A stretch of DNA of 64,000 nt from a virus (IMGVR_UViG_3300048580_000526:1-64000), one strand, 5' to 3'. Counted from the stretch's first letter, positions 1 through 9,057 are shown. Numbers and translations are program-made. Notes: generated by a model not told the origin, from the sequence alone.

Positions 1-11
1 AAATTTTTTCA

Positions 12-40
12 TTGACTTTTGTATAATTTTCAGGTACCAT
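12..40 (+). promoter_or_regulatory. sigma70-type early promoter of nadE
   Basis: TTGACT(12-17)-17 bp-TACCAT(35-40). Confidence 0.6.
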
Positions 41-111
41 AATCATTGAATGGTGGATGAAAGTCACACCATCAAAATAAATTTAACCCATTTTTTAGTG
101 AGGTAACAATT

Positions 112-1794
112 ATGAAAAATTCCCTAAAAATCGCAACAGTTCAGATTAACCCAAAAGTAGGTGATCTTATGGGTAATATGGAGAAAATTCTCGCAGCCTA
201 TAATCAAGCAGCTTTGAATGGCGCAGAATTGGTAGTCACCAGCGAATGCTCCCTAACAGGATACCCATTGGAAGATTTGACCCGCAATAAAGATTTTCTC
301 GAAGACGTTGGAACCACTTTGAACCTACTCCAAACCAAAATCATGGATGGGGTGGGGTTGATTATCGGTTCACCATTATTTGATAAAGAAAAAAATAAAA
401 TTTATAATGCCGCCATCCTAATGGAGAAAAATACTATCCAGTGTGCTGCTAAATTTGAACTACCAAACTATGGGGTATTCGATGAAAAAAGAAACTTCGA
501 TAGTAACGATTTAACCAATGTCAAGCCACTAACCTTCAAAGGGTTTAAACTCGGTGTGTTGATCTGCGAAGATACTTGGTTCAATCGTGTTTCCAATACC
601 CTAAAAGAAAATGGGGCACAGATTCTAATCTCCATTAATGGGTCACCTTTTGAACGAGATAAACAACGAATTCGCTACCAAGTCGTCAAAGATCGTGTGG
701 AAGAAACTGGTCTAACCTGCGTCTATGTTAACCAAATTGGTGGACAAGATGAACTGGTCTTTGATGGTAGTTCTTTCATCGTCAATAAAAATACCAATAT
801 CGTTTGGCAAGGTGAACGGTTCAAAGAAGAAATCAAAATTCACGATTTCAACTTAGTCAGTGATAATAACTTTGCTATTATGGGAACGCCTTGGGTGAAA
901 AATGAAGACAGGCTTGCTGAAATCTATAATGCCCTCGTTCTCGGGACAAGGGATTATTTCAACAAGACTGGCGTTTTTAATGGGTGCGTACTTGGGCTTT
1001 CAGGGGGCATCGACTCTGCGTTGGTGGCTACCATCGCGGCAGATGCAGTCGGGGCTGATAAACTCCTTTGTGTCAGATTGCCTTCCCAATTCTCGTCCCA
1101 ACACTCCCTCGATGATGCAGAAGAATTGGCTAACAATCTCGGTGCAAAATTGAAAACAGTTAATATCCAAAAATCTGTTGATGCTCTTATGGATGATGAG
1201 GTGTTGATTAGGGCGTTTAATGATGCAGGGAAAAATTCTTTTGATGTTACAGAAGAAAATGTTCAAGCTCGGGTTAGAATGATCAAATTAATGGCGTTTT
1301 CAAACAAATTGGGACTAATGCTCCTAAGCACTTCAAATCGTTCTGAAGGGCTTTGTGGATATGGTACTCTCTATGGTGACGTTTCCGGTGGGTGGAATCC
1401 GTTAAAGGATTTGTTCAAAACCCTTGTTTTTGAAATCTGCAGATGGAGGAATAATAATTTCACCGATATTTGTTTGAATAAAAAACTAAATGTTATTCCA
1501 ATGAATATCATCACCAAACCACCAAGTGCTGAATTGCGTCCTGACCAGAAAGATACCGATAGTCTCCCTGATTATGACACTCTTGATTATATTTTGGGGC
1601 AATTGGTAGATTTGGAACAACCAAAAGAATTGGTTGTCACAGATAAAATTCCATTAGCATTGGTTGAAAAAATTGGGAGGATGGTGTTCAACGCTGAATA
1701 CAAACGTCGCCAAAGTCCTCCTGGTGTGAAAATCAGTGGAAAACTTTTAAACAAAGATCGCAGATACCCAATCATTAATGGGTGGAGGATTTAA
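112..1794 (+). CDS. nadE: Glutamine-dependent NAD+ synthetase (nitrilase-like glutaminase + synthetase domains)
   Basis: Glutaminase triad context SECSLTGY / KFELPNYGVFDEKR / ICEDTW; synthetase motifs LGLSGGIDS, ENVQARVR, PPSAELRPDQKD, EYKRRQSPPG. Confidence 0.96.
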   Translation: MKNSLKIATVQINPKVGDLMGNMEKILAAYNQAALNGAELVVTSECSLTGYPLEDLTRNKDFLEDVGTTLNLLQTKIMDGVGLIIGSPLFDKEKNKIYNAAILMEKNTIQCAAKFELPNYGVFDEKRNFDSNDLTNVKPLTFKGFKLGVLICEDTWFNRVSNTLKENGAQILISINGSPFERDKQRIRYQVVKDRVEETGLTCVYVNQIGGQDELVFDGSSFIVNKNTNIVWQGERFKEEIKIHDFNLVSDNNFAIMGTPWVKNEDRLAEIYNALVLGTRDYFNKTGVFNGCVLGLSGGIDSALVATIAADAVGADKLLCVRLPSQFSSQHSLDDAEELANNLGAKLKTVNIQKSVDALMDDEVLIRAFNDAGKNSFDVTEENVQARVRMIKLMAFSNKLGLMLLSTSNRSEGLCGYGTLYGDVSGGWNPLKDLFKTLVFEICRWRNNNFTDICLNKKLNVIPMNIITKPPSAELRPDQKDTDSLPDYDTLDYILGQLVDLEQPKELVVTDKIPLALVEKIGRMVFNAEYKRRQSPPGVKISGKLLNKDRRYPIINGWRI

Positions 1795-2135
1795 GTTCCA
1801 AAAGGATATTCAGGATGTTCTGGTAAATCGCCTTGACCTGTTTGTATAATAACACGCAGGTCATGGCGGTATTTGGTCCATTCTGGAGGTATTGGAAAAC
1901 CTGCTTCAAGACAACGCAATAGTGTTATGTCACTTTTAGCAAGCGATTCTTTAGCCTCTGTTACCAAATGTTCAATCTGTTGTTCTTTTGAAAGAACCAT
2001 ATTTGGTATTAAAACACCATTTTCCCATATATCACCAATAGTAGCTTTATCATTTTGCACAAACATCTTTGGCACAGTAGCATAATTTGCAACACTAATA
2101 ACCATATTTTGTTCATCAACTATCACATATCTCAT
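1791..2135 (-). CDS. Tail fibre assembly/chaperone-like small protein (late gene)
   Basis: C-terminal SDITLLRCLE..PPEWTKYRHDLR..LPEHPEYP resembles phage tail-assembly chaperones; start moved to ATG 2135 from AAGGAG spacing; late box at 2156-2163. Confidence 0.6.
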   Translation of the reverse strand: MRYVIVDEQNMVISVANYATVPKMFVQNDKATIGDIWENGVLIPNMVLSKEQQIEHLVTEAKESLAKSDITLLRCLEAGFPIPPEWTKYRHDLRVIIQTGQGDLPEHPEYPFGT

Positions 2136-2205
2136 AACCATCTCCTTTTTCTTTTTATTTATCATTTTTAAAATTATAAAAAGTGTGGAGTTTTAAATAA
2201 ATTAG

Positions 2206-2234
2206 TTGACTTTATATCATTTTTCCTGTATATT
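2206..2234 (+). promoter_or_regulatory. sigma70-type early promoter of pncB
   Basis: TTGACT(2206-2211)-17 bp-TATATT(2229-2234). Confidence 0.7.
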
Positions 2235-2306
2235 GATATTATGAATTCCCATATGGGAGTTACATAAAAAATTAAATTTAACCCATATTAAGTGAGGTAA
2301 AATATC

Positions 2307-3653
2307 ATGACCGATTTCACAACCCAGATTCGCCATCAAGGCACAGATTTCATTGTTCGTTCACTACTTGACATCGATTTTTATAAGCTAACAATGTGCC
2401 AATTCATTTGGAAAAATTATCGAGGGACTGAAGTGACTTTCAAGCTTATCAATCGTGATAAGCATATTCCTCTTGCCCGTATCATCCCTGAACACAAACT
2501 TCGTGAACAGCTTGACCATGTTCGGACGCTTCGTATGCGTAAAACCGACCTATACTACCTTCGTGGTATGGACCTATATGGTAAGAATATGTTCTCCGAT
2601 GAATATTTGGAATTTTTGAGCAATGTTCATCTTGGCGATTATGACCTTCGCAAGACTCCCGATGGTGAACAGTATATTCTAACCTTCAAAGGTCCATGGG
2701 AAATTGTGACGTTTTGGGAAACCATTGCGTTGGCGATCATCTCTGAATTGTTCTATCGTGAACTATTGTCCCACATGAATGACACTGAAATTAGTGTAAT
2801 TTATGCCAATGCTACCAAAAAGCTTTATGACAAATTGGTAGCGATTAAAAAGTTTGCACCTAAAGCCAAGGTCGCAGATTTTGGGCAGCGTCGTCGTCAC
2901 AGTTTCCTTTGGCAACAACAGGCTATCAAAATGGCTAAAGAAATTCTTGGTGACCAATTCGTAGGTACTTCAAATACCTACTTCGCCTTCAATCAGGATT
3001 TGGTACCAATTGGGACAAATGCCCATGAATTGGTCTGCACAATCGTTGCATTGGAAAAGGACGATTCCAAAAAAGTTCAGGCACAGTATAAGGTATTGAC
3101 TCAGTGGGAAGAAATGTATGGGGAAGGTCTTCGGGTCATGCTTCCAGACACTTATGGGTCTGAACAGTTCTTCCGAAATATGCCAGAAGAATTTGCCAAA
3201 AAAATTGCCACGACTTGGAAGGGACAACGCCAAGACTCTGGTGATCCTGCAACCGAAGCCAGAAATTATATGGCTTGGTTGTCCAAATTTGGGGTTGACC
3301 CAAAGGGTAAAGTGAACATTTTCTCAGATGGTCTTGATACTGGCTCTATCGTGTCATTGACAGAACAGTTCTCAGGTGAAATCATTACCCCATTTGGTTG
3401 GGGGACGAAATTAACCAATGATTTTGAGGGTTGTATCCCAAATGGTGATAGAGTTGTACCAAATATGGGTGTGACCTATGATATGTTGTTCCGGCCATTT
3501 TCAATGGTAGTCAAGGTCTATGAAGTTGATGGTGAACCTGCAGTTAAATTGTCCAATAACTACAATAAAGCCACAGGTACACCAGAAGCGATTGCCCGCT
3601 ATATCAAAATCTTTGGTGAAGGGGGCATGTCAACCCAAAAAACTGAAGTTTAA
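2307..3653 (+). CDS. pncB: Nicotinate phosphoribosyltransferase
   Basis: SLLDIDFYKLTM, DFGQRRRHS, GTNAHE (phospho-His motif), RQDSGDP, FSDGLD, FGWGTKLTND, VKLSNN; PncB-type rather than NadV/Nampt-type (no DSYKxSH). Confidence 0.93.
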   Translation: MTDFTTQIRHQGTDFIVRSLLDIDFYKLTMCQFIWKNYRGTEVTFKLINRDKHIPLARIIPEHKLREQLDHVRTLRMRKTDLYYLRGMDLYGKNMFSDEYLEFLSNVHLGDYDLRKTPDGEQYILTFKGPWEIVTFWETIALAIISELFYRELLSHMNDTEISVIYANATKKLYDKLVAIKKFAPKAKVADFGQRRRHSFLWQQQAIKMAKEILGDQFVGTSNTYFAFNQDLVPIGTNAHELVCTIVALEKDDSKKVQAQYKVLTQWEEMYGEGLRVMLPDTYGSEQFFRNMPEEFAKKIATTWKGQRQDSGDPATEARNYMAWLSKFGVDPKGKVNIFSDGLDTGSIVSLTEQFSGEIITPFGWGTKLTNDFEGCIPNGDRVVPNMGVTYDMLFRPFSMVVKVYEVDGEPAVKLSNNYNKATGTPEAIARYIKIFGEGGMSTQKTEV

Positions 3654-3656
3654 TAT

Positions 3657-3685
3657 TTGACTTTGGCATTTGGATAAGGTAGTAT
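3657..3685 (+). promoter_or_regulatory. sigma70-type promoter of a ~100-nt stand-alone transcript
   Basis: TTGACT(3657-3662)-17 bp-TAGTAT(3680-3685). Confidence 0.6.
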
Positions 3686-3690
3686 AAAGA

Positions 3691-3789
3691 ATGATTTGAA
3701 AGCATTTAAGATTAATAAAGATTAGGAGGTGATTAAATTCACGTAACTTGCTTTCAAAAACAAAAAGCTACCCATTGGGTGGCTTTTTT
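3691..3789 (+). ncRNA. Candidate small RNA with an AGGAGGUGAU-containing loop
   Basis: Own promoter and terminator; 10-bp stem TTTGAAAGCA(3695-3704)/TGCTTTCAAA(3749-3758); no ORF of meaningful length. Confidence 0.5.
3762..3789 (+). terminator. Rho-independent terminator
   Basis: AAAAAGCTACCC-att-GGGTGGCTTTTTT. Confidence 0.85.
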
Positions 3790-3790
3790 G

Positions 3791-3818
3791 TTGACAAGAT
3801 TTTGGGTTATGGTATAAT
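3791..3818 (+). promoter_or_regulatory. Consensus sigma70 promoter of the adenylyltransferase
   Basis: TTGACA-16 bp-TATAAT with TGn extended -10. Confidence 0.85.
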
Positions 3819-3876
3819 AAATTGTAAAAGTTAGCTATTGGCAATTTTTATGAAAATTTTAAAGGAGGATAAGTCA

Positions 3877-4398
3877 ATGAAAAAAGTTGGACTTGCGATT
3901 ATGAGAACACAGCCCCTATCAAAAGGGCACACCCGCATTATTTCCCGAATGATTGAAGATTGTGAAACCGTCATTCTCGGGCTTGGTAGTGCAGATAAAC
4001 ATGGAACCGAAGATAATCCCTACACCATCGAAGACAGAATGGAAATGGCGACAAACGTTTATGGAAAGCGTATCAAAATTGTCCCGTTGAAGGATTTGGG
4101 GTTGACTTCAGTAACGAACCAGTGGGTTGAATATTGTGTGAGTAAAATCACCAACCTTGGAATGCCAGAACCCACAGATTATTACACCGGTAGTATGGCT
4201 GATTCTGTCTATTATAGGGGATATTTTCCTGAAAAAAATCTTCATATTATTGAACGAACTGAATCGTTAATTCCACCTGCGACTGATTTACGAACCTTTT
4301 TATCGTTACGAAATGATGGATGGAAGGTTTGGGTACCAGAGGTTAACTGGGAAATTGTGGAAAGTCGTTATCCCGAACATCTTCGAGTGAAAGGTTAA
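3877..4398 (+). CDS. NadM-family nicotinate/nicotinamide mononucleotide adenylyltransferase
   Basis: MRTQPLSKGH (variant of RFQPxHxGH), GLGSA..TEDNPYTIEDRMEM, PATDLR (SxTxIR-like); start at 3877 after AAGGAGG. Confidence 0.8.
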   Translation: MKKVGLAIMRTQPLSKGHTRIISRMIEDCETVILGLGSADKHGTEDNPYTIEDRMEMATNVYGKRIKIVPLKDLGLTSVTNQWVEYCVSKITNLGMPEPTDYYTGSMADSVYYRGYFPEKNLHIIERTESLIPPATDLRTFLSLRNDGWKVWVPEVNWEIVESRYPEHLRVKG

Positions 4399-4425
4399 AA
4401 AATAGCCCCTTTAAGGGGCTATTTT
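4399..4425. terminator. Bidirectional intrinsic terminator
   Basis: AAAATAGCCCCT-tta-AGGGGCTATTTT between convergent genes. Confidence 0.9.
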
Positions 4426-4429
4426 CATA

Positions 4430-7400
4430 TTATCTTTTCAAAGGTTTCATATCAACTGAACCTTTCTTTGGAATTGGATTTGGTTTATCACTTTCAATAT
4501 CCACATCTGGTTCACTGGTCGAATGGTCTTTATCAAATTCTGGATCTGCATCACCCCAACCTGAATTTATACCACCATGTTCACCAACAGGTGTAGTCAA
4601 AATTTCTTTAACATGTTTTGCAGCTGCTTGTCCATGCGTCCATCCATCCCAAACATTTTTTGGATTTGATGCTTGTGGGATTTTTAATTCCATACCTGGT
4701 TTGATCATGTGTGGATTTGTCAATTCTGGATTTGCTGCAACCAATTGTTCTGCTGTTACATGATAATGTTGTGCAATTTTACCAATTTGATCACCTGATC
4801 TAACCACATAATCTGTTTGATATTGTGGGGCGGCGGCGTTGTTTTCACCGTTACCACTATCTGCTGGTGGGGCATCCCTTCCAGAATCTGGTGGTAAATC
4901 ATTGTCATAATTTTTAACTATACCATCTGTATTTTCACCACCATTTGCATGATAATTAATATCACCATCAGTTGGTTTATGAACATAATCTTCTGGTTTA
5001 TCAACTGGTTTGACACTATAATCTTCTGATTCTTCTGGTTTGAAAGTATCACTATCACCATCACCAATATTTGTATCAATTGTTGGGACACTTGCGCCAC
5101 CCCAAATTTGACTGATTCCATTGACTATTTCATGTCCTGCCCATCCGAATAATGCACCAATCAATGCACCAATAATCAATTCTTTGAAAAGTTTGGCTGT
5201 ATCCCTTTCCCCATTATAATATCTCCAACATCCTTTTATACAAGCACCCAAAACAGCAGTCATTGGTGGGGTGAGCATACCACCAGACGCAAATCCAGCA
5301 AGCATCACAATTATACCAACACCAAGACCTTCCAAAATTTTTTCTTTATTATTTTTAATTTTATCAATTAATTGTTTGAAAATTTTACCATCACCTTGTG
5401 ATAAATTTTGTCCTAATTTATCTTCAACATGAGCACATAAATCTTTAATATTACTTGGTGTTCCATTCACACCATCTGTTTCTGGTGCTGGTGGTGGCGC
5501 AGGAGTTGCTTCTGGTTTATCTCCCTTATCTTTTTCACCTGTTGGTTTATCACCTGTTGGCGGATTTGTTGGTGGGTCGTTTGGTGGGTCATCGTTTCCA
5601 CCACCACCTGCTGCTGGTTTTGGCGCAGGGGTTGCTTCTGATTTGTCACCTTTATCTTTTTCACCTGTTGGTTTATCACCTGTTGGTGGATTTGTTGGTG
5701 GGTCATCGTTTCCACCACCATTACCACCACCAGTTCCACTGTTTACATTTCTTCCTTTATAAACATCATCACCATATACTTGTCCACCTCCGTTTCCACC
5801 TCCGTTTCCACCTCCGTTTCCACCTCCGTTTCCACCTCCGTTTCCGCTTCCACCACCATAAATATTAATATTATTAACATTATTAGCAGATGCTACGTTT
5901 TGATTATTGGAATCAGCTTCAGCTTTAATTTCTGTATTAGCAGACACTGTTTTTTCATAATCAACATTTCCTTTTTTAGTGAAACTGATAAGATTACCAA
6001 CAATTTTATTGACAACTTCTGGAGGTAAATTCTGTCCAGAATTTTTAGCTACTGCTTTATTTTTTTGTTTGCCTTTAGGCATTTCTGTAAATTCTGCATC
6101 TATAATATCATTAACACCTTTGTTTAACAAAGGTGTTTTACTTGTTTTACTTCTTTTACGCCCTTTAAATTTATGAAAATTATTACCTTTTTCATCAGTA
6201 GTTGTTTCATCAGTATCTTCAACATCAGTACCACTATGAGCACCAACTTGTTGATTTTTATTTCGAGCTTTAATTTGTGCTGCAGTCGCAGGGGGTGGTG
6301 CTTCCATAACCAATGATTCATTAATAATATTCATAAATTTTCTTATTGAATGATTTGTTGTAGATTCACAAGCAATGGTTTTCTTATATTCATCAACACT
6401 TTCACCAACTGCAGATTTAACTGCTGTTTTGTTCTTTGCAGCATCATTAGAAGCTTTCTTTTTCAAATTCAAATTACCTTTGCTATCAACAGTTAAATAA
6501 TTGTCAACAGCAAACGAGAATACTCTAAACGATTCTGGATTATTATCATTGGCGAATTTCTTTATTTCTTTATTATATGTTGCATTATAATCTTCAATAA
6601 TTTCTTTTTTAAGGTCTTTTCTATCCTTACCATTAAAAAATTTTGGGAAATTTGAATATGCTATTTTATATTTAGTATCATATTTGATGCCATTTTTTGT
6701 TAATATTTTATCAACAGATAATGGGGCGAAAAATCCACAAAGAACCCTATAAATAGATGTTGCAGACTTTGATTTTAATTTATCAATGGCTTTAACGACA
6801 ACAGCCTTTGATGGAATTTTAACATTAGGAGCTGACATTTCTGGTTTTTCTTTTTTCTTTTCTTCTGGTTCTTCAAATAATATTCTATTATATTCCCTAT
6901 AAATAGATTCATTTTTTGTTGAAGTAGCCAATGATGCTAATTTTGTAAATGCTTTTTTCAACACACCAAATAAATTAATAAATGATGATAAAGCTTTCAA
7001 CCCCTTCTTTCCTTGAGTTTTGACAATATTATACATTGCTTCAATTTTTTTAACAAGACCAGAATCACCCAATACTTCTTTAGCTTTATTTTTAATATCA
7101 TCAATAGAATCTGAAACAGCTTTAACAGCATTTTTAGTCATATCAGCCACTTTCGCTGCACCAGCTTTTATAGTATCAATAATACCTTCATCTAATCTCA
7201 TTCCAGCATTTTGACATTTTATGGCAATTCTTCTGGCTTCTTTTAATCCATGGCGTTGAGCTATTATAGGCAACACAGCATTAATGAATTCTGGAAATAT
7301 ATTTCTATCCCAATCTTCCAAAAACACTCTTGTGTTTTTATCAAGAACTCTATATTGATGTTCTGTTATAAAAGATTTGCCGCATATAAAAGTGGTGTTT

Positions 7401-7456
7401 TCCAAAATTTTACGATGGGTTTGTGGTTTAGATATTAAAAGCTCAGTGTATCTCAT
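4430..7456 (-). CDS. 1008-aa late protein with low-complexity linker, hydrophobic glycine-zipper helices and a C-terminal LysM domain
   Basis: LysM YVVRSGDQIGKIAQHYHVTAEQLVAANPELTNPHMIKPGMELKIP; helices GLGVGIIVMLAGFASGG and LIIGALIGALFGWAG; late box at 7487-7494. Confidence 0.8.
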   Translation of the reverse strand: MRYTELLISKPQTHRKILENTTFICGKSFITEHQYRVLDKNTRVFLEDWDRNIFPEFINAVLPIIAQRHGLKEARRIAIKCQNAGMRLDEGIIDTIKAGAAKVADMTKNAVKAVSDSIDDIKNKAKEVLGDSGLVKKIEAMYNIVKTQGKKGLKALSSFINLFGVLKKAFTKLASLATSTKNESIYREYNRILFEEPEEKKKEKPEMSAPNVKIPSKAVVVKAIDKLKSKSATSIYRVLCGFFAPLSVDKILTKNGIKYDTKYKIAYSNFPKFFNGKDRKDLKKEIIEDYNATYNKEIKKFANDNNPESFRVFSFAVDNYLTVDSKGNLNLKKKASNDAAKNKTAVKSAVGESVDEYKKTIACESTTNHSIRKFMNIINESLVMEAPPPATAAQIKARNKNQQVGAHSGTDVEDTDETTTDEKGNNFHKFKGRKRSKTSKTPLLNKGVNDIIDAEFTEMPKGKQKNKAVAKNSGQNLPPEVVNKIVGNLISFTKKGNVDYEKTVSANTEIKAEADSNNQNVASANNVNNINIYGGGSGNGGGNGGGNGGGNGGGNGGGQVYGDDVYKGRNVNSGTGGGNGGGNDDPPTNPPTGDKPTGEKDKGDKSEATPAPKPAAGGGGNDDPPNDPPTNPPTGDKPTGEKDKGDKPEATPAPPPAPETDGVNGTPSNIKDLCAHVEDKLGQNLSQGDGKIFKQLIDKIKNNKEKILEGLGVGIIVMLAGFASGGMLTPPMTAVLGACIKGCWRYYNGERDTAKLFKELIIGALIGALFGWAGHEIVNGISQIWGGASVPTIDTNIGDGDSDTFKPEESEDYSVKPVDKPEDYVHKPTDGDINYHANGGENTDGIVKNYDNDLPPDSGRDAPPADSGNGENNAAAPQYQTDYVVRSGDQIGKIAQHYHVTAEQLVAANPELTNPHMIKPGMELKIPQASNPKNVWDGWTHGQAAAKHVKEILTTPVGEHGGINSGWGDADPEFDKDHSTSEPDVDIESDKPNPIPKKGSVDMKPLKR
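5784..5843. repeat. 5 x 12-bp perfect tandem repeat CCACCTCCGTTT (encodes NGGG)
   Basis: Read directly; an adjacent imperfect duplication at ~5495-5720 encodes DPPTNPPTGDKPTGEKDKGDK twice. Confidence 0.95.
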
Positions 7457-7576
7457 GGTAATGCTCCAAAAATTAGATTTATAAGTTATTTATCTTTTTA
7501 TTAAAAAAAAATGGATAAAATATTATCTTTACAATCTACAATATCATGGTATCATAAATTATAACATTGGAGATGG

Positions 7577-7933
7577 ATGATGAAAAAGAAATTAAAGACA
7601 CAATTGGCTGAATGTGCAGAATCGTTGGAATATCTTCATCGGTGGGATATGAAAAAACGTTGTGCCCCAACTGCAGACCAAATCCTAACAGGAATGGTAG
7701 ACTCTTATGATGGGCTTTCTGTGGATGATCAAAACATCATCGGAAGGGATATTGTGACAGAAATTGATCCCAGTGATGTTCTGCTAAAGTTCAAGGTGGA
7801 ACGGGTGGTGAATTTTTTCAAGTCATCTTTTGTACCTGAATTGCAATATTTTTATATGGTGAAGTTTTTGAAAGAAGTTCCAATTGCAAAAAAATATGAT
7901 TTTGTGGTGGAATATATGAATGTTTTCAAATAG
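7577..7933 (+). CDS. Hypothetical early protein
   Basis: ORF with GGAG RBS and upstream TTTACA-16-TATCAT promoter-like site. Confidence 0.7.
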   Translation: MMKKKLKTQLAECAESLEYLHRWDMKKRCAPTADQILTGMVDSYDGLSVDDQNIIGRDIVTEIDPSDVLLKFKVERVVNFFKSSFVPELQYFYMVKFLKEVPIAKKYDFVVEYMNVFK

Positions 7934-7945
7934 TTATTTTTTCAC

Positions 7946-7973
7946 TTGACATAAAATTAATTCCTGCTATAAT
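7946..7973 (+). promoter_or_regulatory. Consensus sigma70 promoter of the RNA ligase-Nudix operon
   Basis: TTGACA-16 bp-TATAAT with TGc extended -10. Confidence 0.85.
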
Positions 7974-8001
7974 GGGGTGGTATTTAGAAAGGACCACTAT
8001 C

Positions 8002-8631
8002 ATGCATCGTGTAAAATATCAAAGAACATACCATTTTCCATGGTCGCAAGGTTGCATGGGTGATGATAAGATGTTGTCTTCCACCAAATCTTTTGAAGGT
8101 GAAGAAATCGTTATCTTGGAAAAAATGGACGGCGAAAACTCTTCGTTGTATCGTGAAGGTTATCATGCTCGGTCCCTTGATAGTCATGGGCATCCTTGGC
8201 AGTCTTGGCTCCAAAATTTCCACGCTGGGTTGAGGTTGGATATTCCCGAAGGGTTTAGAATCTGCGGCGAAAACCTTTATGCAGAACATTCAATCAGGTA
8301 TGATAATTTGGAATCGTTCTTCATGGGCTTTAGTATGTGGAATGATAAAAATGAATGTTTGTCGTTCGATGATACTTTGGAATGGTTCAAACTGCTAAAT
8401 ATTGTTCATGTTCCAGTGTTGTGGCGTGGAATGTGGGATGAAAAATTTGTCAAAAATTTTTATAAAACGATGGACTTGGAAAAACAAGAAGGATTTGTGG
8501 TAAGAGTCACACGTTCATTTGATTTTGATGAATTTTCGTCTGTTGTAGGGAAGTGGGTCAGGATTGGCCACTGCACTTCAGATCGCCACTGGAGTAAAAA
8601 TTGGAAACCAAATAAAATGAGGGACAGTTAA
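8002..8631 (+). CDS. ATP-dependent RNA ligase family protein (adenylyltransferase domain only)
   Basis: KYQRTYHFPWS, motif I EKMDGEN, GENLYA, QEGFVVR, KWVR; the ATG at 7972 overlaps the -10 box, so 8002 is preferred. Confidence 0.88.
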   Translation: MHRVKYQRTYHFPWSQGCMGDDKMLSSTKSFEGEEIVILEKMDGENSSLYREGYHARSLDSHGHPWQSWLQNFHAGLRLDIPEGFRICGENLYAEHSIRYDNLESFFMGFSMWNDKNECLSFDDTLEWFKLLNIVHVPVLWRGMWDEKFVKNFYKTMDLEKQEGFVVRVTRSFDFDEFSSVVGKWVRIGHCTSDRHWSKNWKPNKMRDS

Positions 8632-9056
8632 TGAAGGATAAATTACAACAATATGGGGCATTGCCTTTCTCAATCGTGGAAGGTGTACCCCATATTGCCC
8701 TCATCACTTCCAAAACAACCCATCGGTGGATTATCCCAAAAGGTCATCCAGAAATTGGAATGAAAAAATTTCACGTCGCAAAAAATGAAGCTTGGGAAGA
8801 AGCAGGGTTAATTGGGAAGATGAAACAAGACCCATTCTTGAAAGTAGATACCATCAAAATCAAAAAAGGTATTGAAATCCCAACAGAATTGACTGTTTTT
8901 TTGATGAAAATTAAAGAATTTAAAGATGTTTGGCCAGAACAAGATGAAAGAGAACGTTGCTTCGTTCCAGCGATTGAAGCAATGAAAATGGTTTCAGATG
9001 ATGCGATGGCTAAAGTGATTGAACGTTTCTTGAAAAAATTTCCAAAGGAGAAATGA
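8631..9056 (+). CDS. Nudix hydrolase (Ap6A/diphosphoinositol-polyphosphate-like subfamily)
   Basis: LITSK..RWIIPKGHPE..AKNEAWEEAG Nudix box; WPEQDERER. Confidence 0.88.
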   Translation: MKDKLQQYGALPFSIVEGVPHIALITSKTTHRWIIPKGHPEIGMKKFHVAKNEAWEEAGLIGKMKQDPFLKVDTIKIKKGIEIPTELTVFLMKIKEFKDVWPEQDERERCFVPAIEAMKMVSDDAMAKVIERFLKKFPKEK

Positions 9057-9057
9057 A

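Noticed and set aside
2307-3653. NadV/Nampt or Namat (NARP1/NARP2) assignment
   Set aside because: Motifs are PncB-type (LLDxDFYKLTM, GTNAHE, FGWGT), and the neighbouring NadE fits a deamidated route.
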